Origin: an uncultured Candidatus Saccharibacteria bacterium
GTDB lineage: Bacteria > Patescibacteriota > Doudnabacteria > UBA920
Length of the DNA stretch: 64,000 nucleotides
Direction: 5' to 3'
Assembly (NCBI GenBank): GCA_964473815.1
Contig: CAYYQK010000001.1
Location: forward strand, 93,523 to 157,522
The notes below the pieces were generated by a model. It saw only the letters and a list, made by a program, of their open reading frames with translations, was not told the DNA's origin and searched no databases. Shown here piece after piece: positions 18,552 through 28,094 of the stretch (positions are counted from its first letter, which is position 1; each line of letters begins with the position of its first letter). A program made the translations under genes and the position numbers.

Positions 18552-19823
18552 ATGGATAACCCAGAAAATAACGATAATCAGTTAAATGGTTTTAAACCGG
18601 AAACAAACAAATTTAATTACAAAAAATGGATCCTAGGATTGCTGATTGCTTTTATAGTAATTGGCGGATCGTTTCGAGTTGGATATGTGAGCGGCTCTAA
18701 AGGTTACACCTTTGATTCCAAAACATTCCAAGTTGTAAACAAACAGAATGCCCCAACAAATGTTGATTACAATTTGTTATGGGAAGCTTTAAAAATTGTT
18801 CAAGATAAATATATAGATTCAGATAAAATTGATCAGCAGCAGGTTTTGTACGGAGCAATTCGTGGCGCGATTGCCGCAGCCGGCGACGATTACACCCAAT
18901 TTTTCGATCCAAAAAGTTTGAGTGAATTTAAAACTGAACTACAGGGAAGTTTTTCGGGAATCGGCGCAGAAATTGGCCGAAAGAATGAAAACATCACTGT
19001 TATTTCTCCGCTCAAAGATAGCCCTGCAGAAAAAGCTGGCCTGAAAGCAAAAGATATTATTGTAAAGATTAACGGCGAAGCTACCACCGACATGACCGTG
19101 GATGATGCAGTTGGTAAAATTCGCGGCCAAGAAGGTACTGAAGTAACCTTAACTATTTACCGCGAAGGTGATACCGGTACTAAAGATTTAACTATCAAAC
19201 GACAGAAGATCGAAATTAAGAGTGTTAAGTGGGAATATAAAAATGTAGGCAATAAAAAAGTTGCCGTAATTACCATTAGTAAGTTTGGTGACGATACTAA
19301 AGATTTGTTTAACCAGGCCGTTGCTGAAGTTCAGAAAAATAAACCAGACTCTATTATTATTGATTTGCGCAATGATCCGGGTGGTTACTTAGATACCGCC
19401 GTAGATGTAGCTTCGCACTGGTTAGAATCAGGAAAGTTAATTGTAAAAGAAGCAAAGAGTGATGCCAGTTCAAAAGATTATAATTCTAATGGCAGCAATG
19501 AACTCGGGGGCATTAAAACATTAGTATTGATTAACGGCGGGAGTGCATCAGCATCAGAAATCTTGGCCGGAGCTTTAAGGGATAACGGCAAAGCAAGTTT
19601 GATTGGAGAAAAAAGTTTTGGAAAGGGAAGCGTACAAGAATTAATTCAATTGAGCAAAGACACCGCTGTAAAGGTAACGGTTGCGAAATGGATCACTCCT
19701 GGCGGCAAGAATCTAAATAAAGATGGATTAGATCCAGACATAAAAGTTGAATTGTCCGATAGTGATGCACAGGCTGGCAAGGATCCGCAAATGGATCGCG
19801 CGCTGGAAGAAGCAGGAAAGTAA
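18552..19823 (+). CDS. ctpA: Carboxyl-terminal processing protease (S41, PDZ)
   Basis: GIGAEI, PDZ SPAEKAGL, DLRNDPGG, SASASEILAGAL, GEKSFGKGSVQ. Confidence 0.93.
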   Translation: MDNPENNDNQLNGFKPETNKFNYKKWILGLLIAFIVIGGSFRVGYVSGSKGYTFDSKTFQVVNKQNAPTNVDYNLLWEALKIVQDKYIDSDKIDQQQVLYGAIRGAIAAAGDDYTQFFDPKSLSEFKTELQGSFSGIGAEIGRKNENITVISPLKDSPAEKAGLKAKDIIVKINGEATTDMTVDDAVGKIRGQEGTEVTLTIYREGDTGTKDLTIKRQKIEIKSVKWEYKNVGNKKVAVITISKFGDDTKDLFNQAVAEVQKNKPDSIIIDLRNDPGGYLDTAVDVASHWLESGKLIVKEAKSDASSKDYNSNGSNELGGIKTLVLINGGSASASEILAGALRDNGKASLIGEKSFGKGSVQELIQLSKDTAVKVTVAKWITPGGKNLNKDGLDPDIKVELSDSDAQAGKDPQMDRALEEAGK

Positions 19824-19829
19824 AAAAAT

Positions 19830-19864
19830 AAAAGCCGTCGTTCAGCGATAGATCGACGGTTTTT
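19830..19864. terminator. Bidirectional terminator between convergent genes
   Basis: aaaagccgtcg...cgacggttttt. Confidence 0.75.
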
Positions 19865-19890
19865 AAATTGGGAAAATTCAGTGGGAAAAT

Positions 19891-20475
19891 TTAAGGGATG
19901 TTGAATCGCGCGCCGGCTTTCAGGCCACGCCACCAGGACACTATCCTGCCTATAGAGGCGTTCCCGTGCGGGTTGCGTTTGTAGTAGCGGAGACGAATCT
20001 TGCGGCCGAGTCGCTTTGCCCAACCAATTTGGTAATCAGACTCGATAACCGCGCAGTCCATGCTGCAGATCCTTTTGAACAAAAGCTTAATCCCGACGCA
20101 GTGCCATTTTTCGCTGACCACGGTTAGGTCGTAATCGCAAATGTGGATCCCGCGGAGAGCGAAGCAAATTGCCAAATTGCTTATATTTTCTCGAGTTGTT
20201 TGCGACTCATTTTCGCAAATGAATTTAAATGATCGAACCCCGCCTTGTTCTAAGTAGCGATCAAAAATTTGCTCATACATGATTTGGGCAGCAGATCGAG
20301 TTTGGTTATGGGCGAAGATACCACCCACCGTTGCCACTACATCATAGTAGTTAATTGGCCGGTTTAGGAGCTCTTTCACAGCCGCTTCGATGTTTGCAGT
20401 TGTATCGGCGGCCGGACAGTCTCCGTTCATTCCCAAAGAAAAAACCACCAAAGCTCTTTTGTTTACATTTTCCAC
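19891..20475 (-). CDS. Divergent YdcF/ElyC/DUF218-family protein
   Basis: VVATVGG, ENESQTTRENI and LTVVSEKWH match DUF218 motifs; GTG start after AGGAGG. Confidence 0.65.
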   Translation of the reverse strand: MENVNKRALVVFSLGMNGDCPAADTTANIEAAVKELLNRPINYYDVVATVGGIFAHNQTRSAAQIMYEQIFDRYLEQGGVRSFKFICENESQTTRENISNLAICFALRGIHICDYDLTVVSEKWHCVGIKLLFKRICSMDCAVIESDYQIGWAKRLGRKIRLRYYKRNPHGNASIGRIVSWWRGLKAGARFNIP

Positions 20476-20517
20476 TGAATTTCCTCCTGAGAATAGTGAT
20501 AGGAACTAATTGGCATT

Positions 20518-20546
20518 ACGGTATCACTCTGGCACCGGTTTGTCAA
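20518..20546 (-). promoter_or_regulatory. sigma70 promoter of cassette gene 20475
   Basis: Minus strand TTGACA - 17 nt - TACCGT with extended TG; SD AGGAGG at 20483-20488. Confidence 0.7.
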
Positions 20547-20577
20547 GGCTACTAATATTCGTTAAAATGTTTAATAT

Positions 20578-22359
20578 ATGACTAAAATTACTGCATCAGA
20601 ATTACGTACTAAATGGTTGGAATTTTTTAAAGAAAAAGGACACGAAATAATTCCATCTGCCTCGCTCGTGCCGGAGAATGATCCTTCGGTTTTGTTCACT
20701 ATGGCGGGAATGTTCCCACTAGTGCCTTACCTAATGGGTCAACCGCACCCTAAAGGAGTGCGTGTGGCAAATGTCCAAAAATGTATCCGCACCATAGATA
20801 TTGATGAAGTTGGTGATAACACTCACTTAACCTTTTTCGAAATGCTCGGCAACTGGAGCTTTGGTGATTACTTTAAAAAAGAAGCCATTGAATGGAGTTA
20901 TGAATTTTTAACTTCTCCAAAGTGGTTAGGGATTCCTGTGGAGCGTTTAGCGTTTTCTGTTTTTGCTGGCGACGACGACGCGCCATTCGATGAAGAAAGT
21001 TATGCTCTCTGGAAAAGTTTAGGTGTACCGGAAGCGCGCATTGCAAAACTTGGTAAAGAAGACAACTGGTGGATAGCAGGTTTAACCGGTCCGTGTGGTC
21101 CTGATACAGAAATGTTTTATTGGATCGATGACGGCACTCCGGCACCAGAGAACTTTCAAGAAACTGCGAGTGATCCGCGATGGGTGGAAATTTGGAATGA
21201 CGTGTTCATGGAATTCGAAAAGAAAGAAGATGGTTCGTTAATTCCACTTGAAAAGAAAAATGTAGATACCGGAATGGGCCTCGACCGCGTGGTGGCAGTT
21301 TTAAACGGCCACAAGTCTGTTTACGATACTGAATTCTTTGCCGGTATGTTCCAAGTGATTGGCGTGCAGAACGATGTTTTGTCGGGTGATGAAATTCGTA
21401 AGGCGCGTATTGTTGTTGATCACATCCGCGCGGCGGTGTTTATTGCGGCTGATGGAGTTGAACCGTCTAATAAAGAACGAGGGTACATTTTGCGTCGTTT
21501 GTTACGCCGCGCGATTGTTTATGCGCGCCAGTTGAGTCTAACGGACCACTGGCTCGAAGGTCTTGTGGGAAAAGTAGTAGCAGAGTATGGCGATGCTTAC
21601 CCGGAACTCAAAGAAAACGAAAACTACTTTAATAGTATTTTAAGCGAACAAAAGAAGTTTGGTAACACGATCGAAAAAGGCCTAAAAGAATTCGACAAAC
21701 TTTTCCAAAAGCAAAATGAAATTTCCGGTACTGATGCATTTAATTTGTATCAAAGTTTTGGTTTTCCGTTGGAGCTAACTCAAGAACTAGCAGAAAGTTA
21801 TGGCCAGAATGTTAATCGTGAAGTTTACGAAGCTGAATTTAAAAAACATCAAGATTTGTCTCGGACTGCCAGTGCCGGTACTTTTAAAGGTGGCCTTGCT
21901 GACCATAGCGAAAAAGTTGTGCGGTACCACACTGCAACGCACTTAATGCACAAAGCATTGCGCGATGTTCTTGGTCCCGATGTTTGGCAAAAGGGAAGCA
22001 ATATTACATCTGAACGCACCCGCTTTGACTTTACTTATCCGCAGAAAATGACTGATGAACAAAAACAACAAGTCGAAGAATTGGTGAATAAATGGATTCA
22101 ACTCGATGCAAAAATGGAGCAAGAAATGATGCCTCTGGAAAAGGCGCGAGAACTTGGCGCGATTGGTTTGTTTGGCGAAAAATATGCCGACACTGTATCT
22201 ATATATACCGCAACAGATAAAGATGGTAATGTAATCTCTCGCGAATTTTGCGGTGGCCCGCACGTTGAGCACACCGGTGTTATCGGAAAGTTTCGCATTG
22301 CCAAAGAAGAAGCCGTGTCCGCCGGTGTTCGCAGAATCAAAGCAGTAATTGAACCTTAA
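20578..22359 (+). CDS. alaS: Alanine--tRNA ligase, short form without C-Ala domain
   Basis: LFTMAGM, QKCIRT, HLTFFEMLGNWSFGDYFK, GPCGPDTE, DTGMGL; editing HTATHL and EFCGGPH; ends at GVRRIKA. Confidence 0.97.
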   Translation: MTKITASELRTKWLEFFKEKGHEIIPSASLVPENDPSVLFTMAGMFPLVPYLMGQPHPKGVRVANVQKCIRTIDIDEVGDNTHLTFFEMLGNWSFGDYFKKEAIEWSYEFLTSPKWLGIPVERLAFSVFAGDDDAPFDEESYALWKSLGVPEARIAKLGKEDNWWIAGLTGPCGPDTEMFYWIDDGTPAPENFQETASDPRWVEIWNDVFMEFEKKEDGSLIPLEKKNVDTGMGLDRVVAVLNGHKSVYDTEFFAGMFQVIGVQNDVLSGDEIRKARIVVDHIRAAVFIAADGVEPSNKERGYILRRLLRRAIVYARQLSLTDHWLEGLVGKVVAEYGDAYPELKENENYFNSILSEQKKFGNTIEKGLKEFDKLFQKQNEISGTDAFNLYQSFGFPLELTQELAESYGQNVNREVYEAEFKKHQDLSRTASAGTFKGGLADHSEKVVRYHTATHLMHKALRDVLGPDVWQKGSNITSERTRFDFTYPQKMTDEQKQQVEELVNKWIQLDAKMEQEMMPLEKARELGAIGLFGEKYADTVSIYTATDKDGNVISREFCGGPHVEHTGVIGKFRIAKEEAVSAGVRRIKAVIEP

Positions 22360-22751
22360 TGGAAGATCAATTATTTTTCGTAGGTCAGAAAGCATTTATA
22401 GAAAAAGATGGTCAAGTTTTGATTTTACATCACGAAAACGGATTGGACTTCCCAGGCGGTAAAATAAATCAGCACACTTTAGATTTTATTCCTGAGCTCC
22501 AAAGAGAAGTTAGAGAAGAAACAAATTTGGAAATTGAAGTTGGAGACCCGTTTGTTATTTGGCATACAGAATTCCAAATTGATGGATATTTTGTATTTCT
22601 TGTAGGATATAAATGTAAATACATTTCCGGAGATGTTAAAATAAGTGATGAACATACAGGGTATCAGTGGGTGAATGAAAACGATTACAATTCCCTTAAC
22701 GATGGTAAACAATATTTCGCAGCTTTAAGAAAATATTTTGAAACAAAATGA
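22359..22751 (+). CDS. NUDIX hydrolase
   Basis: FPGGKI...LQREVREETNL, SDEH..YQWV. Confidence 0.9.
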   Translation: MEDQLFFVGQKAFIEKDGQVLILHHENGLDFPGGKINQHTLDFIPELQREVREETNLEIEVGDPFVIWHTEFQIDGYFVFLVGYKCKYISGDVKISDEHTGYQWVNENDYNSLNDGKQYFAALRKYFETK

Positions 22752-23914
22752 AGTTAGAATTTTTTAATTGCCCGCAGCCTCAGGAATTTAATAGTGCGTT
22801 GGTGCAGCAACGACCAGCGTTTTTGTCGTATCAGCCAAAGTTTGGGGAGATAGAAACCCTCGCTGCTGAATACGCTAACTTTAAAAATATTGTACTAATT
22901 GGTCATGGCGGAAGCGTAACTAGTTTTTACGGAATGTTTTACGCGCTTCATCATGATTCTAATAAGCATTTGTATGTTGTTAGTACTGTTGATCCAGATT
23001 ATATTTCTGAACTGAAAGCGTCGCTTAGCACTGCAGACACACTTGTAATTGCAATTAGTAAGTCAGGAGAAACCGTAACCCAAATAGAAGCGCTGCTACA
23101 TTTTACGGAATTTCAAATGCTGGTAATCACTGGGGCAGTTGGACCGCTTGCAGATATTGCGCAAAAACTTTCTGCCCGCACAGTTATGCATCCGCCAATT
23201 GGTGGAAGGTACACAGCGTTTACAGAAGTTGCACTTTTGCCAGCAGCGATTTGCGGTTTAGATATACGCGCCATGTTTGCAGCCGCTCAAAAAGTTTACG
23301 CCGACTTTGCGAAAAATAACGAAGCCTACAAAGCCGCTTCTATTTTAGAACAGTTAGAAGACAAGGGTATTGTAGACGTGTTCATGCCGGTTTACGACTC
23401 GCATTTGTACCCAATGACAAATTTAATTGTGCAACTTTGTCATGAAAGTTTTGGTAAAGATGGGGAAGGGCAAACCTATTTCGCGCATCATGCACCAGAG
23501 TCACAGCATCATACGAACCAAAGATTTTTCGGGGGCCGTAAAAATATTGCCGGATGGTTTTTAGCAACAGAGAAACCCCTCACAGATTCAGCAACGGTTG
23601 TGCCAGATAATTTAAAATCAATCACTTTAAAAGATGCCACTCTAGACACCTTAGATCAAATTCCTCTATCTGTAGCATTGCAGGCCGAACTTCATGGAAC
23701 ATTGGAAGATGCAAAAGTAAAAAGTATTCCAACCGTATTACAAACTTTGCCTCAACGAACGCCCGCAGAAGTTGGAGCGCTAATTGCCTTCTGGCAACTT
23801 TTTGCAGTTTACTCGGCGCTACTTCGTAATGTAGATCCATTTGATCAACCCCAGGTTGAATCTAGTAAAAAAATTAGTTTTGCCAAACGCCAGCAATTTA
23901 AGGGTCAAATGTAG
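22748..23914 (+). CDS. pgi: Glucose-6-phosphate isomerase, reduced SIS-type
   Basis: IGHGGS, ISKSGET, IGGRYT, QLCHESFGKDG, QHH..Q, DPFDQPQVE.SK. Confidence 0.85.
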   Translation: MKLEFFNCPQPQEFNSALVQQRPAFLSYQPKFGEIETLAAEYANFKNIVLIGHGGSVTSFYGMFYALHHDSNKHLYVVSTVDPDYISELKASLSTADTLVIAISKSGETVTQIEALLHFTEFQMLVITGAVGPLADIAQKLSARTVMHPPIGGRYTAFTEVALLPAAICGLDIRAMFAAAQKVYADFAKNNEAYKAASILEQLEDKGIVDVFMPVYDSHLYPMTNLIVQLCHESFGKDGEGQTYFAHHAPESQHHTNQRFFGGRKNIAGWFLATEKPLTDSATVVPDNLKSITLKDATLDTLDQIPLSVALQAELHGTLEDAKVKSIPTVLQTLPQRTPAEVGALIAFWQLFAVYSALLRNVDPFDQPQVESSKKISFAKRQQFKGQM

Positions 23915-24019
23915 CCAAATTTATAGGTTGCATAGACTTTAGAAAATCTTTAGAATAAATATAGAAGAAAAGAAAAACCCTTTAAATTAAGGGTTTTTAT
24001 ATACCAGAAATTCAAGATT

Positions 24020-25819
24020 ATGTCGAAAACTCTTTATTTAAATTTAGAAGATGATGTAGCCAAAGTGGCCGCTAAACTCCAGCGCGAACGCGCTGAAGAT
24101 ATAGTTTTGGTTTTTCCTAAAGGGAGCTATCTGTTTTCGGATCGTATTAATATGCGACTGCTCAAGAAGCAGCTCGACATGCTTGGGAAAAATATTTCCA
24201 TTTTAACGATGGATGAGCGCGGTAAGGCTTACGCTGAGGAAGCAGGTTTTGTGATTAAGAGCATGCCCCGCTCACTACGCTCCAGCTCTTTGTCCGACAT
24301 TCGCCCGCGCCGCACAGAATCTCGTCTCACAGAATCCCGCAGCGCAGAACCACGCAACGTGGCACCCCGCCGCACAGAAACTCAACCAACAAAACCTCAG
24401 ATAACATCACCAAAGAAAACTTTGGCAACTTTAGCTGCAGCCGCAGCTGCAATCCCTGTTGCAAAGAAACTGAAGAAGAGACCAGTCGCATCAGCTGCAA
24501 CTGCCCAAACAACAGCTGCCGCATCAAATGCAATGCGCATTAATACAAATGCCAATCCAACCCCGCATAGCGGCAGAACGGTTTCTGCAAAAAGAGCAGA
24601 TGAACTTTTCGAACCTGTTCAAAAGCAAGACAATGTCTTTATGCCCCCAAATTCGCGCAATGCAAATTTACCGCGCCGTCGTCGTTCTTACCGTGCATGG
24701 GTAGTTGGATTTATTGCTCTAGCCTTAGTAATAATTTTAGTGCTTGTTCTGGTCGTGCTTCCAAGTGCTAACATCACAGTTTATGCGAAATCAGAAACTA
24801 TCGCTCGCGACATGGACATTGTTGCTAATATCCAAACGCAAACTCCGCAGTCACAAACTCTTACCATCCCAGCAGTAGCAGTAAATGAACAACGAGACCA
24901 ATCCGACTCTTTCACGGTTAATGGTAAAAAAGAAATGGGCAGCAAAGCCGAAGGTCGCGTGGCGATTTATAATTTATCTGGCCAACCAATCACACTAAAA
25001 GCATCAACCACCACACTTACGGTTGGTACAAAATCTTACAGTTTCAAATCTGATCAGACTGGAGTCCATGCCTTAACCAGCGCAGCGAACGACAACAATG
25101 CTTCTGTTGCAGACATTATTGCTAGCGATGGGGGAGAGTCATTCAACTTGCCTGCTGGGACGCGCATGGAAATTACCAACCAGGCCTTTGGTAGTCAGCC
25201 ACAAAAATTATATGCAAAGACTGTAACCCAAGTGGTGGGCGGTTCATCCCGATTTATCTCAGTGATCACAAAAGAAGATACTGACAATGCCCAAAAACAG
25301 CTTATTCAAAAAATGGTCGACAATATTAACGCCGGCCTTTCCGACCGTAACGTAAAATTGGTTGATGGCGCATACACTATTAATGTGCAATCTTTCACAA
25401 CTGATAAACCTGAAAATACTGAAACCACCACTTTCAACGCCGAACTGAAAGTCACTATAACTGGTCTCGCCTTTGATGAAACAGGGTTAAAAAATTTGGT
25501 GCGTACTCGATTGCTCTCCTCTCTTGATGGCAATAAAACTTTACAACCTCTTGATCAAGATACAATCATTTATAAAATTTCAAATCTGGATGTGCAAAAT
25601 GGCATCATGCAACTCTCCATTCACTACGAAACCACCGACAAGCCAACTATTGACCCAGTTGATATTAAAAATAAGATCACTGGTAAGTCCAAACAGGAAG
25701 CTTCTGATTTAATTCTTGCCAACAGTGATATTGATCATGTGGAAATTACAGTACAACCTGCTTGGCAGTCGGGGATACCACGCATCTCTGGGAAAATCCA
25801 CATTGAAGTAAAAGAATAA
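24020..25819 (+). CDS. CPR-type membrane protein with baseplate-J-like ectodomain
   Basis: N-terminal YL..EDD...V..KL...IVLVFPK domain, low-complexity linker, TM, LPSANITV, KAEGRV.IYN, GESFNL, GGSSR. Confidence 0.65.
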   Translation: MSKTLYLNLEDDVAKVAAKLQRERAEDIVLVFPKGSYLFSDRINMRLLKKQLDMLGKNISILTMDERGKAYAEEAGFVIKSMPRSLRSSSLSDIRPRRTESRLTESRSAEPRNVAPRRTETQPTKPQITSPKKTLATLAAAAAAIPVAKKLKKRPVASAATAQTTAAASNAMRINTNANPTPHSGRTVSAKRADELFEPVQKQDNVFMPPNSRNANLPRRRRSYRAWVVGFIALALVIILVLVLVVLPSANITVYAKSETIARDMDIVANIQTQTPQSQTLTIPAVAVNEQRDQSDSFTVNGKKEMGSKAEGRVAIYNLSGQPITLKASTTTLTVGTKSYSFKSDQTGVHALTSAANDNNASVADIIASDGGESFNLPAGTRMEITNQAFGSQPQKLYAKTVTQVVGGSSRFISVITKEDTDNAQKQLIQKMVDNINAGLSDRNVKLVDGAYTINVQSFTTDKPENTETTTFNAELKVTITGLAFDETGLKNLVRTRLLSSLDGNKTLQPLDQDTIIYKISNLDVQNGIMQLSIHYETTDKPTIDPVDIKNKITGKSKQEASDLILANSDIDHVEITVQPAWQSGIPRISGKIHIEVKE

Positions 25820-25834
25820 ATAGCAGATAAATGA

Positions 25835-25868
25835 AAAAGCCTTGCTCACTGTCGTGGGTAAGGCTTTT
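25835..25868. terminator. Bidirectional terminator
   Basis: aaaagccttgctcac-tgtc-gtgggtaaggctttt. Confidence 0.85.
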
Positions 25869-25896
25869 ACGTAGTTGCAGTTTGAGTTTTATTACT

Positions 25897-26364
25897 CTAG
25901 GCGATCCATCTCGCCAAGTTCACGGGCTCGACCTCGGCACCGGGGGTCAGAAACTCGACTTTAGGGAAGAGTTCTTTGAGCCGATCGACGTCATGGCCGT
26001 TTTCGACCACTTCTTTTACGAAACTGGCCATTTCTCCGCATCCTCCCATAATCACAGGGACTACGCGGCCATTGATGTGGTACCGGCTGGTAGGCGAGGT
26101 CGTAAAAGTGTATACATAGACGTTCGGATTGATCTCCCTGGCCGCCTTTGCGATGGAGTCTGCGTTGGGCATGTCGGGATCATACGTATAGTCGCTGGAG
26201 ATTACCAGTAACTCTTCATTAGGGTTTTCCTGAACGAAATCGATCACTTCCTCAGCCCAGCCGGTTACAGTGACACTCTTGTTTTGAATTAATCCCAGAT
26301 CCTCAAGCGCTTGCTGTGATGGTGTGCGGCCCGACGATGATGACTGAAATACTACTGCTTTCAT
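25897..26364 (-). CDS. Degenerate receiver(REC)-like orphan protein
   Basis: AEEVIDFVQE, LLVISSDY..PDMPNADSIAKAAREINPNVYVYTFTT resembles REC beta3-beta4; SD AAGGAG. Confidence 0.55.
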   Translation of the reverse strand: MKAVVFQSSSSGRTPSQQALEDLGLIQNKSVTVTGWAEEVIDFVQENPNEELLVISSDYTYDPDMPNADSIAKAAREINPNVYVYTFTTSPTSRYHINGRVVPVIMGGCGEMASFVKEVVENGHDVDRLKELFPKVEFLTPGAEVEPVNLARWIA

Positions 26365-26432
26365 TGTATTTTCTCCTTCTAGCTGAAATTTGTGCCTTTT
26401 TTGGCGGCTAACCAGTTTTTATTTGTGATTAA

Positions 26433-26461
26433 ATTATAGCACAAAATGGTATAAATGTCAA
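26433..26461 (-). promoter_or_regulatory. Consensus sigma70 promoter of cassette gene 26364
   Basis: Minus strand TTGACA - 17 nt - TATAAT with extended TG. Confidence 0.88.
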
Positions 26462-26499
26462 TAGTTGTAATAAAATCGATTGTTTTCACCTAAAATTCC

Positions 26500-26527
26500 T
26501 TGACATTCCAGGGATATGTGTTAAAAT
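26500..26527 (+). promoter_or_regulatory. Promoter of the infA/alpha operon
   Basis: TTGACA (26500) - 16 nt - TAAAAT (26522) with extended TG. Confidence 0.7.
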
Positions 26528-26574
26528 TAGTCCAATAAGTCAAACAGTAAGATTTCCTAAGGAAAAGCAAGAAT

Positions 26575-26805
26575 TTGGGTAGTTCCGACACAAATAAAGA
26601 GACAATTGAACTAGAAGGTAAAGTCATTGAGAGTTTACCTAATGCTGTTTTTCGCGTTCAATTGGATTCCGGACAAGTCCTTCTTGGTCACTTAGCCGGC
26701 AAAATGCGCATTCACCGAATCCGCGTACTGCCTGGCGACAAAGTGCTAATGGAAGTAACTCCGTACGACTTATCAAAAGGGCGAATTACTCGCCGCCTGC
26801 GCTAA
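26575..26805 (+). CDS. infA: Translation initiation factor IF-1
   Basis: [24 protein letters not shown]...[22 protein letters not shown]; TTG start. Confidence 0.97.
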   Translation: MGSSDTNKETIELEGKVIESLPNAVFRVQLDSGQVLLGHLAGKMRIHRIRVLPGDKVLMEVTPYDLSKGRITRRLR

Positions 26806-26910
26806 ACAGGAATTTAAATATTTATTAGCGGCCTCTAAGCTGCGGGAACAGATTCGTGAAATCATTTTTGTTCCCTGAATTGTAGCCTTATAGGCTTGCA
26901 AGGATTATCA

Positions 26911-27024
26911 ATGAAAGTTCGAGCAAGTGTAAAACCAATGTGTAAGAAGTGCAAAATCGTAAAGCGATTCGGTCGTGTTTACGTTATTTGCGATGTCCCT
27001 AAACATAAGCAACGCCAAGGTTAA
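26911..27024 (+). CDS. rpmJ: 50S ribosomal protein L36 (zinc-binding form), absent from the ORF track
   Basis: Translated by hand: [37 protein letters not shown]. Confidence 0.97.
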   Translation: MKVRASVKPMCKKCKIVKRFGRVYVICDVPKHKQRQG

Positions 27025-27070
27025 TTGGCGCTGTGCCTTTTGTATTTATTAACTAATTAAGAGAAACAGT

Positions 27071-27460
27071 ATGGCTCGTATTGCCGGAGTAAATATTCCG
27101 AACGAAAAAAGAATCGAAGCATCACTTCAGTACATCTATGGTGTTGGCCCAACCTTGGCGAAGCGCGCGTTAAGCGAAACCAAGATTAGCGCTGACATTC
27201 GTACCAAAGATTTAACTGAAGCTGATCTAAATAAATTACGTGAATTTATTGATAAGAACTTCAAGACCGAAGGTAACCTTCGCCAGGAAGTATTGCTGAA
27301 CATTAAGCGCCTTAAGGAAATTGGATCTTATCGCGGAATGCGTCACAGCCGCTCTTTGCCGGTTCGTGGACAACGCACCAAGACTAATTCCCGTACCCGT
27401 CACGGCAACGTTCGCCGCACTGCAGGTTCAGGACGTAAGAAGGCAGCAGAAAAGACCTAA
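27071..27460 (+). CDS. rpsM: 30S ribosomal protein S13
   Basis: [37 protein letters not shown]. Confidence 0.98.
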   Translation: MARIAGVNIPNEKRIEASLQYIYGVGPTLAKRALSETKISADIRTKDLTEADLNKLREFIDKNFKTEGNLRQEVLLNIKRLKEIGSYRGMRHSRSLPVRGQRTKTNSRTRHGNVRRTAGSGRKKAAEKT

Positions 27461-27466
27461 TCATTA

Positions 27467-27541
27467 GGGGTCCTGTCAGCAGATAATTTTTTTCTTCGCG
27501 ACATAAGTCGACTCAGAAAAAAATTACCCTGCTGCCACCCC
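27467..27541. repeat. Long imperfect intergenic hairpin
   Basis: gggg..cagcag.taattttttt..cgac-ataa-gtcg..aaaaaaatta..ctgctg..cccc. Confidence 0.75.
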
Positions 27542-27552
27542 ACCAAATTATT

Positions 27553-28074
27553 ATGAAATTACTAGAAGAAGATATTATAACTCAAAACGCTTCTGATGCT
27601 GCTGATACAGCTATGGAAAGCGATGTTGCTGCACAGGTTTCTGCTGAATTAGCAGCTGCTGACAGCTCTAAAGACGGCGCTGCTGCTCCAAAGATCAAAG
27701 GTAGCAAAAAGAAGAAGTCGAAAATCAAAATTCCTAAAGGAAAGATTTTCATCAACTCTACTTATAACAACACTATCATTGCTGCAACTGACCCATCTGG
27801 GAATGTATTTGCTTGGGGTAGTGCTGGTAAAGCTGGTTTTAAGGGAAGCAAGAAATCAACACCTTATGCTGGTGGTAAGACTATGGAAGATTTGTTGGCG
27901 CGTATTAAAGATCGCGGTTTACAGGAAGTGGAAATTTTTATCAAAGGAATTGGAACTGGACGCGAAAGCGCTATTCGTGCTTTGCAAAGCTCTGGTTTAA
28001 CAGTTTTGACCATTAAGGACCGCACGCCTTCACCTCACGGTGGCGTTCGCCAGAAGAAGGTGCGCCGCGTTTAG
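27553..28074 (+). CDS. rpsK: 30S ribosomal protein S11 with N-terminal extension
   Basis: STYNNTII..TD..GN, GFKGSKKSTPYA, G.GRESAIRAL, PHGG.R.KK.RRV. Confidence 0.97.
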   Translation: MKLLEEDIITQNASDAADTAMESDVAAQVSAELAAADSSKDGAAAPKIKGSKKKKSKIKIPKGKIFINSTYNNTIIAATDPSGNVFAWGSAGKAGFKGSKKSTPYAGGKTMEDLLARIKDRGLQEVEIFIKGIGTGRESAIRALQSSGLTVLTIKDRTPSPHGGVRQKKVRRV

Positions 28075-28094
28075 TTTAACGGCAAAATAAATTT

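Noticed and set aside
24308-24385. Imperfect 15-nt repeats (RRTES/RLTES/RSAEP)
   Set aside because: Low-complexity linker within a CDS.
24020-25819. Baseplate-J-like gene as evidence of a prophage
   Set aside because: It has a TM segment and no other phage genes are nearby.
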